This document shows, piece by piece, positions 1 through 14,045 of a DNA stretch of 64,000 nucleotides; the stretch's first letter is position 1; the number at the start of each line of letters is the position of its first letter. Where the stretch lies: positions 114,578,001 through 114,642,000 of the forward strand of contig NC_087437.1 of the NCBI RefSeq assembly GCF_036321535.1. Reading direction: 5' to 3'. The notes beneath the pieces are model-generated. The model saw only the letters and a program-made list of their open reading frames with translations, did not search any database and was not told the origin of the DNA. The translations under genes were made by a program, and so were the position numbers. The DNA comes from Camelus dromedarius. Its lineage: Eukaryota.

Positions 1-1625
1 AGAAAAAGAAAGTAAAAAAATAATCCTGCTTAAAATTGCATGCAAAAAAATTACCTAGGAATAAACTTAACCAAGGAGGTAAAAGACCTATACTCTGAGA
101 ACTATGAAACACTGATTTAAAAAAAACTGAAGATAATTCAAAGAAATAGAAACATACCCCATGCTCTTGGATTAGAAAAATTAATATTATTAAAATGGCC
201 ATACTACCCAAAGCAATCTACAGATTTCATGCAATCCCTATTAAAATACCCATGACATTTTTCAGAGAACTAGAACAAATAATCCTAAACTTTATATGGC
301 CTCACCAAAGACCCTGAATTGCCAAAGCAATCCTTAGAAAAAAGAACAAAGCTAGAAGCATAATCCTCCCAGACTTCAGCCTATACTACAAAGATACAGT
401 GCTCAAAACAGCATGGCAATGGCACAAAAACAGAGTCACATAGATCAATGGAACAGAATAGAGAGCCCAGAAATAAACTGACATACCTATAGTCAATTTG
501 TCTACGACAAAGGAGGCAAGAATATACAATGGAGAAAAGACAATCTCTTCAATAAGTGGAGCTGGGAAAACTTAACAACTACATATGAAACAATGAGATT
601 AGAACATTCCCTTACACTACATACAAAAATAAACTCAAAATGGTTTAAAGACCTAAATGTAAGGCTTGAAACCATAAAATTCCTAGAAGAGAACATAAGT
701 GAAACACTTTTTGACATAAACTGTAGCAATATTTTCTTGGATCAGTCTCCTAAGGCAAAAGAAATAAAAGCAAAAATAAACAAATGGGGCCGAATTAAAC
801 TTAAAAGCTTTTGCACAGCAAAGGAAACCACTGAGAAAATGAAAAGATGACCTATGGAATTGGAGAAAATACTCGCTAACAACCCAGCCAACAAGGGGTT
901 AATATCCAAACTATATAAACAGCTCATACAACTCAATACCAAAAGAACAAACAATCCAATCAAAAAATGGGCAGAAGATTTGAATAGATATTTTTCTGAA
1001 GAAGACATGCAGATGGCTAAGGCACATGAAAAGCTCAATATTGCTAATTATTAGGGAAAGGCAAATCAAAACCACAGTGAGGTATCACTTCAAACCTGTC
1101 AAAATGGCCATCATCAAAAAGTCTACAAATAATAAATGTTGTAGAGGCTGTGGAGAAAAGTGGGAATGTAAATTGTTGGGAATGTAAATTGATACGGCTA
1201 CTATGGAAAACAGTGTGGAGGTTCCTTAAAAAACTGAAAATAGAACCACCATATGATCCACCAATTTCACTGCTGGGTATATATCTGAAAAAAATGAAAA
1301 CCCTAATTCACGAGAAGATATGCTCCCCAATGTTCACAGCAGTAACATCTATAACAGACAAGACACGGCAGCAACCCCGGTGCCCATCACCAGACGAATG
1401 GATGAAGAAGATGTGGTACATGTGTGTGTATATATAGAGAGAGAGAGAGAGGGAGGGAGTAATATTCCATTGTATATATATTGTATATAAAATGGATAAG
1501 CAACAAGGATATACTGTACAGCACAGGGAATTATACCCATGATCTTGGAATATAATCTGCAAAAATACTGAGTCACAATGCTGTCCACCTAAAACTAATG
1601 TAATGCTGTATTGACTATACTTAAC
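1..1625 (+). mobile_element. LINE-1 3' part (ORF2 C-terminus plus 3' UTR), degenerate
   Basis: Peptides [42 protein letters not shown]; stops and frameshifts. Confidence 0.93.
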
Positions 1626-3187
1626 AAAAGAGGCAGAGGGAGTCTTCACAGACACACAGAGGGGAAAGCCATGCGAAGACAGACACAGAATGAACTGTGG
1701 CACAGCCACACCTAACTTAGGCTGCAGAATGTGGTCTTGAGCTGGGCACCCACATGCCTATCTGAAACCTAGTTGGTTTTTAAAAAAACGTTCTATGACT
1801 GAAAGAAATAATACTCACCTCTCCAACCAACAAGGGTCCCAGCCAGTTGCTGGATCCAGCAGCAGGAAATAGCTCCCCATCACTCAGGACCTGGAAGTGA
1901 GTTAACAAGTTACATCTCCCACTCGACACTCACCGATTATGCAATCATGAAATACAAACAGGGAAGCCGTGATCAAGATGCCCAGTGGGAAGCGGGAAGA
2001 AAGGGAAACTCACAGAGGCCAAGACACAGGGCCATAGCAATAGAAAAAAATCTGGGGCAGAAACCGTGAGGATTCCAGCCCTGACAATGATTCAGCCCAG
2101 TTCCGTACTCAGAGATGTTCTTGCTTTTCCATCCCCCGCCTCGGCCACATCAGAAGTGACCGTGGGGGAGGACGCTCCCTTGGAGGTACTGCAGCAACAG
2201 ACCACCAAAGCCTTTTGCAAGCGGGGCTTCTGGGTTTCCTCAGAATACTGTTCCTTCAAAACCTCAGTGGCTTCCAGAATACGGGGTCCCCCACCTAGAG
2301 TCTACACCTGCTCCTGAAAACCACATAGGCAGAGCTAGAGGCCCTCTCGTGGTTCTGGCTGGGGAAGTAATGCATCACACACACCTGACCCTAACCGCCA
2401 CCAGCTTCCCAAAATACCAGCTAAACACAGCAAAAAGCTTGTCCATCGATAATAAGCTATCGTGTTACAATGAAAAACACTTAACACAGCCTAACTGCAC
2501 GGCTCTTAAATGCATTCTTTTCCATTGTAATGGCTTTTCTCACCTGTTTTACTTCCTTATCCTCCATTCTAGGCTGTTCTTAGCTTTTCCAGGACTAACT
2601 GCACAACTCAAGGCGAAAAACAAGGGCTAAATACGGAAAGTACCGCAGAGACCCTGTGAGGACGAGCACTCGGTTGCAGAGAGAGGTTCACACCAAGGAA
2701 GACACCGTGACGCCTCCTTTGGCACCAGCTACATCCAGAATGCATTCTTCAGGTGACCCTTGGCGAGCTCCCCAGAACACCTGCACAGGGTTCTGATGCT
2801 CTGCCAAGGGCATGTGACTGTCACCGGAGACTCTAAGGTACCATGTACAGCAAGTGTTTATTGATTTATGAAAATAAATATCCTTTATCCTGATAAACAT
2901 TGGCTTATCTAGAAATGAAGAGCATCATTTTCTATGCTGTTTGGATATTAAAAACCAAGAAGGACTTATACAAAAAAAAATGTGAACTGGGCATTGTTCT
3001 ATGGGATATGGCTTCTTTTACTTCTGATTAATTCCATGTGGCAGTGACTATCCCAAAGATATCTTCTGGTTGGAATTCTTAGACCCATGCAATCTCTTTC
3101 AATATATTGGTTTCCATATTTAGCCCCTCACCCTCTTCCGTGAATGGCATTATCTTGGTGGGCATTCTAAAAAGTAAGAAGCTTGCC

Positions 3188-3286
3188 GGGAGGGTATAGC
3201 TCAGGGGTAGAATGCGTTTTTTGCATGCATGAGGTCCTAGGTTCAATCCCCAGTACCTCCATTTTAAAAGTTTGAAGAAAAAAAAA
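3188..3286 (+). mobile_element. tRNA-derived SINE (Vic-1-like)
   Basis: gggagggtatagctcag...ggttcaatccccagtacctcc plus A tail; TSD aagaagcttg / aagaggcttg. Confidence 0.85.
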
Positions 3287-4209
3287 AAGAGGCTTGGATG
3301 GGAAAATATCCTAATATGATGGATTTCTCTTTAATCTTTTTTCTCTATCATGTGACAGTCAGAGGGGAGCCTCCAAATTTCAGGACTCCCACTCGATTTA
3401 TGTTGGAAGCTACAGGCAGAGCCCTCCCTGATCCAAGCTCCATTCCCTTTCTGCATGTAAACTTGCCAGTTACTGCCTGGGCTCATGTCTTAGAGGATTT
3501 TGCTAACAGCAGCCCCCATCCACCAATATTCTGAGGTTGGTGATCCATGATCTGCTTTCTAAGTCATCAGAGGGCACAGTGTATTGAATGTTTTGCCACA
3601 GCGCAGCAATGGTCATCGGCTCCACAGACATCGTCTACCCACCCACTCGGCTAACACCAGCTATTTCGGCGTTTCTACAGAGCATGCATTTCTGGTGCCA
3701 AAGTCTGAGCTCGTTCGGGTGCGGGCTAAGCTGATGTAACAAAGAGCTGTAATGCAGCTGCTTAAACACCACAGGCATCTATCTGTTGCACATGCTAGCA
3801 CAAAGGTAGGACAGGCCGGGAGCCTGGGGCCCTGTGGTCATCCCAGGTCCAGGCTGGGGCTGACTCTGCATCTCCAAATGTGGTTTCCACCATCTACGTC
3901 CAAGGTTGTCACCACCCCTGTTGTATTTTTCCCACCAGCAGCAAGATGGAAGGAAGATGCCCTGAGTAATGACTTGTTATGGCTCATAATTCTTCTAATT
4001 ATCTGGGTGGCTACTGGGGTCTGGGCCAGCCTGGCTGGGGCCAGGGAATCTGGGAGGCCCCACTCCCCGTGTCTGGAACTGTGGTAGGGTTTCTCCCTCC
4101 ATGAGGTCTCTCAGCCTGAGCTTGTATCCCAACTAACATACATATTTTAAAAATTTTATATTTAAAAAACATCACATATTGACTCTCACAACTCAATAAT
4201 GAGGGCAGA

Positions 4210-5065
4210 CAATGCAATTAAAAGTTGATCAAAGGTATAGATGTATAGATGTTTCTCCAAAGGAGATGGACAAATGGCCAATAAGCACGTGAAAAGATGC
4301 TCAGAGTTATTAGCCACAGGGAAATGCAGATCCAGACCACAATGAGATGCCACTTCATACCCACTAGGATAGTGAGGGTGAAAAGACAGACAATAAATAA
4401 CAAGTGATGATCGTGCAGGGAATCTGGAGCCCCTACACGTTGCTGGTCGGAATGTAAAATGGTACAGCTTCTGTGGGAGACAGTTGGGCAGCTCCGCATA
4501 AAGTTAAGCATAGAATCACCAGAGGACCCAGTAACTCCAGTCCTGGGTGTACGCCCAAGAGAGATCAAAGCATGCATCCACACAAAACCCTGTGCATAAA
4601 TGTTCACAGCGGCATATCCATAACAGCCAAAAAGGAGAAATAACGCCAGCATCAACTCCAAGTGTTAAATGAATAAATAAAATGTGATATCCACACAATG
4701 GAACATTCCTTGACAATAAAAAGAAACCAGGGACTGATACTTGCTATAACACAAACAGACCTTGAAAATACCGTGCTGAGTGAAAGAAACAAGTCACAAA
4801 AGAGCACATTGCATAGTTTCATTTGTGCTGTGTCCAAAATAAACAAATTTATTGAGACAGAAAATAGACTGTTGCTGCCTAGGGCTGGTGGAGTTAGGGG
4901 GAAAGGGGGAGTGACTGCTACTGAGTACAGGGTTTTTTTTGTGGGTGATAGAAATGTTCCAAAGTTGATTGTGCTGATATCTGTGAATATACTAAAAGTC
5001 ACTGAGTTGTATACTTTAAATGAGTGAAGTTATATGATACGTGAATTATATATCAGTAAAACTTT
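4210..5065 (+). mobile_element. Old L1 (L1MB-like) 3' end
   Basis: ORF2 tail and L1MB-type 3' UTR (ttgaaaataccgtgctgagtgaaagaa...gtgaattatatatcagtaaa). Confidence 0.85.
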
Positions 5066-5494
5066 GTGTGTGTGTTTTTTTAATTCAATGAAAGGTAAGG
5101 TTAAATGGATCAGAAAATGGAAGAAGGAAAATTGCTCAAGAGTTGACAACTGGTAAAAGCAACTGATGTATGATGAACCACATGTTCCCCTGTGTCTCTG
5201 GTTTTATATACATTTGAAAAATCTCCGTGATGAAAACTTTAAATAAATGAGTTTCTATTCTTGAAAGAAAGGAGAGAATATTGTTGGAGAGAGTTAGCAA
5301 GATGTCACAATAACAGAAAACAGAACTTTTCAATACAAGTTAAGTCTTTTATTCTTCAAATAATCACCTTGGCAAGCCATGCACTTACCACAGGACTGCG
5401 TCCCCAGGTCAACGTTTTTTTCTAGGCTATGTCAACCTTTTTAATTTCACCAGATGTGGGGAGTCTATCTTTTAAGGATAAACTTAATCTTTTA

Positions 5495-5730
5495 AATTTT
5501 ATTTTTTATTGAAGTGTAGTTGATTAACAATGTTAGTTTCAGGTGGACAGCAAAACAATTCAGTTATACATATACATAAATTTTTTTCTCAGATTCTTTT
5601 CCGTTATATGTTATTACAAGAAATTGAATATAGTTTCCTGTGCTGTATGGTTGGTCCTTGTTGTTTATCTATTTTATATATAGTAGTGTGTGTCTGTTAA
5701 TCCCAAACTCCTAATTTATCCCTCCCCCCA
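5495..5730 (-). mobile_element. L1 3' UTR fragment
   Basis: ttttattgaagtgtagttgatt...ctaatttatccctccc, same family as 8387-8896 in reverse. Confidence 0.8.
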
Positions 5731-5879
5731 ATTTGATTTTTTAATGTTTAGTTTTTGAAAACATTTAAAGCAGTTACTCTACAGAATGAGTGATCAAGTC
5801 AGAAAGTACTATTATGAAAGATTAAAAGGTTTCATCTAAAACATACTGCAATTGGCATGTTGTAGCAATGAAAAACCTG

Positions 5880-6000
5880 TGGCCATAGGTGAGTTATTTA
5901 ACTCCTACTTTTCAATTTTCTCATCTATAAAATGGGGGCAGTAACAGTTATCTCATAGAACTGAGGACTGAATGGAAAAATGCTAAATATTTAGCCCTTA
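5880..6000 (+). mobile_element. MIR fragment
   Basis: ttttctcatctataaaatggggg core. Confidence 0.55.
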
Positions 6001-6699
6001 TTACGTTATGACATACCACTGATAAATTATAAACCACTAGGTCTCAGCTGACTACATCTGACTGCAAGATCTTTTCTGAGTTTCAGTATAAAGATCATCT
6101 GTTTTTATGCCTAAAATCTTATTTTCTGTTGTTTTAGGAAACTGTTTCCCATTCTGTAGGAAAGTAATTCTTTAAACTATGCAAGGGTTGTCCGTTAACT
6201 TTTGTAAATTATGGACTGTAAGAAGTTGGAGGAAGAGAGAACACATACATACATTTAATGAAAACCGAATCTGCATGAATCAACTGATAAAATTAGTACG
6301 TATTGCTGGGCTGGGTTGAAGCACAATTTAGCAGAAGTTTACTTCAATAAAGTTGGATTAAATATCTAAAGATGGCATTCCTTTCATTCCAGTTCCATGT
6401 ATCTTTATTATTTTGTTCCTCAGTCCACATGCTCGCATCTGAGTCTGTTCTCTTTTTCTATCGCCTGGAGCTTCATCCTGCCCATCCCTTCCCTTGGGCG
6501 CTCCTGTCAGGGTGCCCTGTCGTTACTTCTGCAGGGATAAGAGGGCCGTGGTGTGTGACTGCAGGTGTGCCCACGTGAGTTAGTGTGTGCACTTCACCTA
6601 AAGGAGGCTGAAATCACGGGCTGTCTGGTTAATTATCTACTTAAGATTCAGAGAGCATATTAGAATTTAAGATGTCCCAACCATAAATCATAAAAAGAG

Positions 6700-7995
6700 A
6701 AAACCAGATCTCATGACCCCCCTGATGGAAGTACACATATATTTGAAATAGCCATACTAAGTAATTTAACCTGGATTGGATCTTGCCTGTTGATACAGAA
6801 CTATTAGTTTATAGGAAATAAAGGAAGCCAAAGAATACAGAGGCAGCAACAAGCAAACTCCAGACTGCGGGAAATTCTACAGGACAAATGACATGCTTCT
6901 CTCTCTCTCTTTTAATTTAAAAAAAAAGTTTAACTAAAGTATAGTGAGTTACAATGTGTCAGTCTCTGGTGTACAGCACAATATCCCAGCCATGCATCTA
7001 CATACATATATTCGTTTACATATTTTTTCCATTAGATGTTATACAATACATTCCCTGGGCTATACAGAAGAAACTTTTTTTAAAATCTATTTTTATATAT
7101 AGTGGCTAACATTTGTAAATCTCAAACTCCCAAATTTATCCCTTCCCACCTGCTTTCCCCAGTAACCATAAGATTATTTACTAAGTTTGCGAGTCTGTTT
7201 CTATTTTGTAAATGAATTCATAGTGGCCTTTTTTTTTTTTTAGATTCCACATATAAGATATATCACATGGTATTTTTCTTTCTCTTTCTGGCTGACTTCA
7301 CTTAGAATAACATTCTCCAGGTCCATCCATGCTGCTGCAAATGGCATTATTTTATTTTTTATGGCAGAGTTGTATTCCATTGTGTAAATATACCACATCT
7401 TCTTTATCCAGTCATCTGTCGACGGACATTTTGGTTGCTTCCATGTCTTGGCTATTGTATATAGTGCTGCTATGAACATTGGGGTGCATGTATGTTTTTG
7501 CATTAGAGTTTCCTCCAGATATATACCCAGAAGTGGGACTGCTGGATCATATGGTAAGTCTATTTGTAGTTTTTTGTCCCTCTCTTCTTTTTTTAAGTGA
7601 CAGGAGAGCATTGGTGAAAGAGACTTAAAACATACTAATGAAACACAATATGATTAATCCTAGTTTGAACAAAACTCTAAAATGACTGAGACAATCAAGA
7701 AAATTTAAGCACTGACTTTTTAATCAATACAGATTAATTACTAACTTTGGGTGTGATCATTGTATTTTTAAGGAGAGTCCTCATCTTTCAGAGGTACATA
7801 TTGGATATTTAGGAGAAAATAAGATGGCTTTGACTTTAAAACACATCTGGAATGGAGGAAGGGGTAGAGAGAGGTATTTATGAAAAAAGATTGTCAATGT
7901 GTTAATAGTTCCTGAAGCCAGGATGACAGGGCAATGGGTTTTCTTACATAACCAGAAAAGGAACTGACTCTGTTTTCAAATATCCATAATAACTT
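6700..7995 (+). mobile_element. Ancient L1MC-type 3' UTR, split by a younger L1
   Basis: gcaaactccagactgcgggaaattctacaggacaaatgac resumes after 7575 with gagacttaa...tatccataataa. Confidence 0.6.
6915..7572 (-). mobile_element. Young 5'-truncated L1 (lineage-specific 3' UTR)
   Basis: Minus-strand [15 protein letters not shown]...TCTPMFIAALYTIAKTWKQPKCPSTDDWIKKMWY; 3' UTR resembles 24184-24957. Confidence 0.92.
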
Positions 7996-8386
7996 TGCTA
8001 AATATTAACCATTAACCAGAGAACGTTGTACTAATTAGCCAATTCTGCTAGGAGAATATTTTTATTAAGCTTATCCAAGTAAGGTAAAAACAATCAAGCC
8101 AATAGCAATTAGACTAGTCCTTGGGTGGGTCTTAAGTCAAGAAAAAATAAGAGAGTACAAGTTTTAAAATAGGACCTTCATTTGCCTTCCAGATATGAGG
8201 AAGGCAAGATGGGACAGAGTGGGGTCCAACTGTCCCCTCCTGCCCACCGACTAGAAACTCCCTTGAGCCTTGATTCAAGAGTGTTTCCTTCAAGTCTGCC
8301 TGTTGTGGAATTAGCTGGCTTTGAAGAATTCAAAAGCCTCGGTTTTTGAAAGATACTTTGAAGATGGAGTTCCTAAAAGATTTAGG

Positions 8387-8896
8387 TGAGAATGGATAAA
8401 GAAGATGTGGTGTGTGTACACACACACACACACACACACACACACGAATATTACTCAGCCATAAAAAAGAATGAAACAATGCCACTTGCAGCAACATGGA
8501 TGGACCTAGAGATGATCATAGAAAGTGAAGTCAGACAAAGACAAATTTCATATGATACCACTCATATGTGGAATCTAAAAAAAATTGATACAAATTAGCT
8601 TATTTACAAAACGGAAATGGACCACAGACATAGAAAACAAACTGATGATTACCAAAGGGGAAAGCTGGAGAGGGGGAGGATAAATTAGGAATTTGGGATT
8701 ACCATATACACACTACTATATGTAAAATAAACAGCAAGGACCTACTGTATAGCACAAGGAACTATATTCAATATCTTGTAATAATTTATAATGGAAAAGA
8801 ATCTGAAAAAGAATACATATGTGTAACTGAATCACTTCACTGTGCACCTGAAACTAACACAACACTGTAAATCAACTCTACCTGAGTTAATTAATT
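8387..8896 (+). mobile_element. 5'-truncated L1 with TSD; contains a (CA)n microsatellite
   Basis: EYYSAIKKNE...WMDLE; TSD taaaagatttagg (8374-8386) / taaaagatctagg (8897-8909). Confidence 0.9.
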
Positions 8897-9157
8897 TAAA
8901 AGATCTAGGCAGTGTTGGAAAGTCTGTTGGCAGATGACAAGAAAACGTTTGCATAGCAGGACCACAAAAAATGGAAATTGGACTAGAAACCACAAAGCAA
9001 AAGACTGATTTGGTGCACACACCTGTTGGGGATTTCTGTGTACCAAGGAAGCTGCCGAAACAAAAAAAAAGACACAACAAAACACTGGGGAAAGCCTTTA
9101 CAGCCTCAGGAATACAAGTCAGTATCCTTAATAATATAAAAAGCTTTCACAAATCAG

Positions 9158-9188
<31 letters not shown>

Positions 9189-10339
9189 GTGGGGAGGGGA
9201 AGGACTATGGTGGACCTGGTGACTAGCGCTTGGAACTTCTTCCAGCCGGTTTCTGCGTGCCTTCCTCTTAACTACAGAGGCCAGAAAGGGAGAAGTCACT
9301 TGACAACTCAGCTAATGCTGGGTAACAAAGCACCCCCATACTTAGTGGCTTAAACTAGCAACCGTCTATCATGATTATAAAAACATCTCTTTTTTCCGAT
9401 TTTAAAAATATCTTAGACAAGCATCATACATATATTTGGGTCAAGTGTTAAACATCTCGGATTGCTTGCATCTCAACATTTTAAGCTTGCCTCTCAGGAC
9501 CCACCACCTGCTGTCTTCAAAAAATAAACTGCTACAAAAACAAAAACTGCAGCTGGAAACATAGCTTAGGAGATTTAGGCAATTGTGATGTACGCACCTT
9601 ATTTGGATCTTATGGCAAATTAAATATTTTTAAGTGAGACCATTGTGGACATTTAAACATTGGCTAGATATTTGGTTAAGAACTGTTAATTTCCTTAAGG
9701 TAAGATAATGGTATTGTGGTTATGTTTTAGCATGCGTTATCTTTTCCACATTAAAACACACACAACTCCACTGAGTTGCCCAACAGACATTTTACTATGA
9801 GTATACAGAGAGTGAGCGGTGATGTACTGAGAAAGAAAAAATGATGAAAGCTTTCCAGGAAGGAAATTATATATTTGGCCGGAATCTATACCAAGTAAGC
9901 TGAATGATCAAAGAGCTGACAGAATGTCCTTGAATAAGGATCAGTGACAACCAAGTCCCCAGGCTGACAAAAGTCCCAGAGGACAGAGTGGGGTGGCATT
10001 TTCTGAGCCCCTACTATGTGCTGTACCTTTCCTTCTGCCTTCAATTTCAGGTCCTGATACCTGCGCTTTTTCGCTTTTTTGCTTTTTAAAAACTACTTTC
10101 TGATGGATTTCTGATTTTCTAGTATGCCTTAACTTTATTTGTTACGCAGCTTGGTTTTGTGGAGTTGGGAAATCAGGGTGTAGATCTACAACGAAGTATT
10201 TCCTGTAAAGCTAAATATACAAGGTACGGTTCTTTCTTACCTGAAACAAATGTTTGCAGCAGCCAAAGACTGGTAAACTGGGACACAGCTGGGAGAATTA
10301 GCGAGGAAACTCCCCAGCCAGGGAGGTGGATGTTCATAT

Positions 10340-10550
10340 CAGTAGCTAACATTTATCCAAAACTATGCAGGTGTGCCTTTTTAGACATGTTTATGCAGGT
10401 TTTGTATAATTTTCATAACACTTCCATGAGCTGGTGCTATTATGACCCCTATTTTACAAAGGAGGAAACAGGCTTCAGATGTAATAGGATTGTAAAGAAA
10501 TTAGTGAAACTCAACGCACCTGGTCTGTGTGCTGAAGCCTACCATCCATT
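10340..10550 (-). mobile_element. MIR
   Basis: cccctattttacaaaggaggaaacaggcttcaga core. Confidence 0.6.
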
Positions 10551-10959
10551 CACCCTTACTGGGTTCAAGATAAGTGAACCTAGTTAAGGTGAAAACCCTG
10601 CGACCAGGGTGCACCAGAAAGAGTGAAAGGGCGCCATCTGGTGACCATCTTGGTAGTTGAAAGCATTTGTTGGTTTTTAATTACATGGTGTTTAAGATAC
10701 ATAAGACAAACAATACAACACGGATCAACCACCACACAGCCTAAAAGCTTTAAATTTTTCTTCACTTATTTTAGATAAACACACGCACACTGATTAAAAA
10801 TCAAAATGAACAGAGGGATATATGCAGTGAGAAGTCGGCCTCCCCATCCCCCGGCTACCCAGTTGTCCCCAGAAGCAAGTGCTGTTACCAGTTTCTTACG
10901 TGCCCTTCCAGAGTCTGTTTAAATCAATATTTTATACAAAATATTTTATTTTTTATATA

Positions 10960-11465
10960 ATAGGCAGAATAATGCCTCCTCCCCAAGAGACCCACTTCCT
11001 AATGCCCAGAACCTGGGGATGTGTTACCTTACGTGACAAAAGGGAATTTGTAGATGTCATTAAGGGTGAGGGTTTTGAGGTGGGAAGATTAGCCCTGATT
11101 ATCCAGGTGGGCCCAGTGTCATCGGACTAATCCTTAACTCTGAGAACTTTCCAGGCTGGAGTCAAAGGAGATGTGACTATGGAAGAATGGTCAGAGGTGA
11201 ATGTTGGTGGCTTTGAAGATGTAAAAAGCCAAGGAATGCAGGCAGCCCCCGGAAGGTGGAAAATGGAGGAGAAGGAGAAGGAAGACATTCTCCTCTAGGA
11301 TCGCCAGAAAAGAATGCAGCCGGACTGACGCCTTGATTTCAGCCCAGTCAGGACTTGCACCAGATTTCCTACCAAGAGAACCATGGAATAATAAATCTGT
11401 GTTGTATTAAGCTGCTAAATTGGCAATAATTTTCTGCAGCAAAAGCAATAGAAAGCTAATATACA
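10960..11465 (+). mobile_element. MaLR solo LTR (MLT1D-like)
   Basis: ggcagaataatgcctcc...gttaccttacgtgacaaaagggaatttgtagatgt...gcaatagaaagctaat. Confidence 0.8.
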
Positions 11466-11514
11466 CCCTATATGGTACAATGCTTTTCTCATTTAATATA
11501 TATATATTTTGCAT

Positions 11515-11815
11515 GTACATATATTTATTGAAATATAGTCAGTTTACAATGTTGTGTCAATTTCTGGTGTACAGCATAATACATGAACATACATATATTT
11601 GTTTTCATATTCTTTTTCACTATAAGTTACTAAAAGATATTGAATATAGTTCCCTGTGCTGTACAGTAGGACCTTGTTGTTTATCTATTTTATATATAGT
11701 AGTATCTGCAAATCTCAAACTCCCAATTTATCCCTTCCCACCCCCTTCCCCTCTGCTAACCATAAGTTTGTTTTCTGTGTCTGTGAGTCTGTTGCTGTTT
11801 TGTAAATAAGTTCGT
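11515..11815 (-). mobile_element. L1 3' UTR fragment
   Basis: ttattgaaatatagtcagtttacaat...taaccataagtttgttttct. Confidence 0.85.
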
Positions 11816-12325
11816 TTCTCTTATCATTTCTTATATTTTGAAGCCTCTTCTCTCTCACTGCATTTAGAGTTGCCTTATTCTTTTTAATGGCTACATAGCA
11901 TCCCATCATTTGGCTATTAAACCACTCATTTAAGAATAATCATTAGGCTGTTTGAGTCTCATGTAAACAAGTTATAAGTAAGTCTGTGATGTAGGACTTC
12001 CCAGTTTGTCTCATCTGATAGCACACACAGATATGCTCATGTTGCTGTAGGACATGGAAGGGAATTGGAGGCACTGAGGCCACACACACTGAGCTTTGAT
12101 AGAAAAGATGACTATCTTATATTACATAATTATAAGGATAAAATACGAAGCACTTGGGAAAATATTACACATTGAATTTGTATAGAACTTCCAGTCTTTT
12201 CAATTTTTTAAGCAAGAAACTTGATTTTTTTCCTTCAATTTTTTATTTTTAATATCAGACTGAATGCTTGCAACAGAGTTAATTCTCATTGTTCAAAGTA
12301 GTTATGTTCTAAAACGTAGCTGCAA

Positions 12326-13015
12326 GCCACCATGGAAGACAGTATGGAGGTTCCTTAAAAAACTAAAAATAGACTTACCGTACGATCCAGCAATCCCACT
12401 GCTGGGCATATACCCAGAGGGAACTCTAATTCAAAAATACACATGCACCCCAATGTTCATAGCAGCACTATTTACAATAGCCAAGACATGGAAGCAACCT
12501 AAATACCCATTGACAGATAACTGGATAAAGAAGATGTTATATATATACAATGGAATACTACTCAGCCATAAAAAAGAATGAAATAATGCCATTTGCATAG
12601 CATGGATGCTTCTGGAGATTATCATATTAAGTGAAGTAAGTCAGTCAGAGAAAGACAAATATCATGATATCACTTATATGTAGAATCTTAAAAACATAAT
12701 ACAAATTTTATTTACAAAACAAAAATAGACTCACAGACATTGAAAACAAACTATAATTACTAGACGGGAAAGGGCAAGGGAGGGATAAATTAGGAATTTG
12801 GGATTAACAGATACACACTACTATATATAAAATAGATAAACAACAAGGATCTACTGTATAGCACAGGGAACTGTATTCAATTTCTTCTAACAACATGTAA
12901 TGGAAAAGAATCTGAAAAATATATATATATGTATATTTATAACTGAATCACTTTGCTGTTCACCTGAAACTAACATTGTAAATCAACTACACTTCAACAG
13001 AAAATAAAATTTTTT
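12326..13015 (+). mobile_element. 5'-truncated L1 nested in the Tigger element
   Basis: [31 protein letters not shown] core gtagctgcaa at 12316-12325 and 13020-13029. Confidence 0.92.
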
Positions 13016-13537
13016 TAAAGTAGCTGCAAATACTGAATTAGTGGATACTGAACTATTCCTTCTTGGGCAGTTTCCTGCAAGCCTCTGGTCAGAACATTTT
13101 TTCACCAAAATTCCATCTGTGTTACATGAGATCATTTGCCAACCTCCTTGTAAAACAAGGCAGTTTTATTAACATTGAAAACCTGCTCTTCCACGTAACC
13201 CTTTCCTTTCAAGGCCTGCAAGCCAGCAAGCGCTAGCCAAAAAGGACTGAACAATTTACGTGATCCTGCATAATGTGACTGTAAATTTCTTTGGCTTTCA
13301 GCCTCACAATCACGCTCTCCACTACACTTTAAAAAAATCAGTCATCATCTCTCAAACCCACGAATTTAGCCACCTTTCCATCTTTTCCTTAGAACTTCAT
13401 CACATAATGCAGGTGTTACCTGAGCACTTTCCAGAGCAGCCTCATGCACAGGTCGGTGAATTTCCTCTCCCTTTTCCTGGATGTACTATATTGTTGATCC
13501 AATAACATTGGACTCACAGTATAACATCCCTGAAACT

Positions 13538-14045
13538 TGAAGGTGGCAGAATATGCCACTCCAAAATACGACCGAAGGCATTCGGGACATGCTACCCCAA
13601 AATGTGCCACGTTGGTAATATTGACCAGTTGTAGCTGCAGGCACTTGGGAAACGGCAAATGTGAGAAGAGGCTTTCTGTGAATTTCCCTTATTCAGACAG
13701 CCCCTCCCAAATTGTCCTCAGTCTCCTCCCGGGAAGACTGACTCTCGTCCCAGGAGAGGAGGCTAGCAGTCGGCATCTCACCCGGACAAATGTCGTAAAC
13801 CATCACACCCCGATATCTTCCCTAAAAACCATTTACTCTCCCCTTTGAGGCCTATATCCCTGTATCCCTCCTTCTTTATTAAGATGGTATTTAATCCTGA
13901 ATTCTTACTCATCCTTCTCTGGGTATCTCCTATAAGGGGGCATTTTAATAAACTTCTGTTCATTTTTCTCCTGTTAATCTTTTATTACAGGGGTCTCAGC
14001 TAAGACCCAGAAGAGAAGAGGGAAAATTATTTTTCCTCCTCTACA
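13538..14045 (+). mobile_element. ERV1-class solo LTR (MER34-like) nested in the Tigger element
   Basis: TG...CA ends (tgaaggtggcagaatatgccac...ttcctcctctaca), internal AATAAA, 4-bp TSD aact/aact. Confidence 0.8.

Noticed and set aside
1161..1191. Short tandem duplication tgggaatgtaaattg x2
   Set aside because: A local rearrangement inside a dead L1, with no sign of function.
502..1437. Reverse-transcriptase-associated ORFs as a possible active retroelement
   Set aside because: Fragmented L1 ORF2 with stops and frameshifts; no intact L1 ORF anywhere in the window.
3188..3262. tRNA-like sequences here and at ~15205, 18720, 25145, 29958 and 32588
   Set aside because: They have poly-A tails, TSDs and mutual divergence, so they are SINE copies and not tRNA genes.
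9159..9185. Long poly-A run as a retrocopy tail
   Set aside because: The preceding sequence looks like an old L1 fragment; no TSD or mRNA homology recognised.
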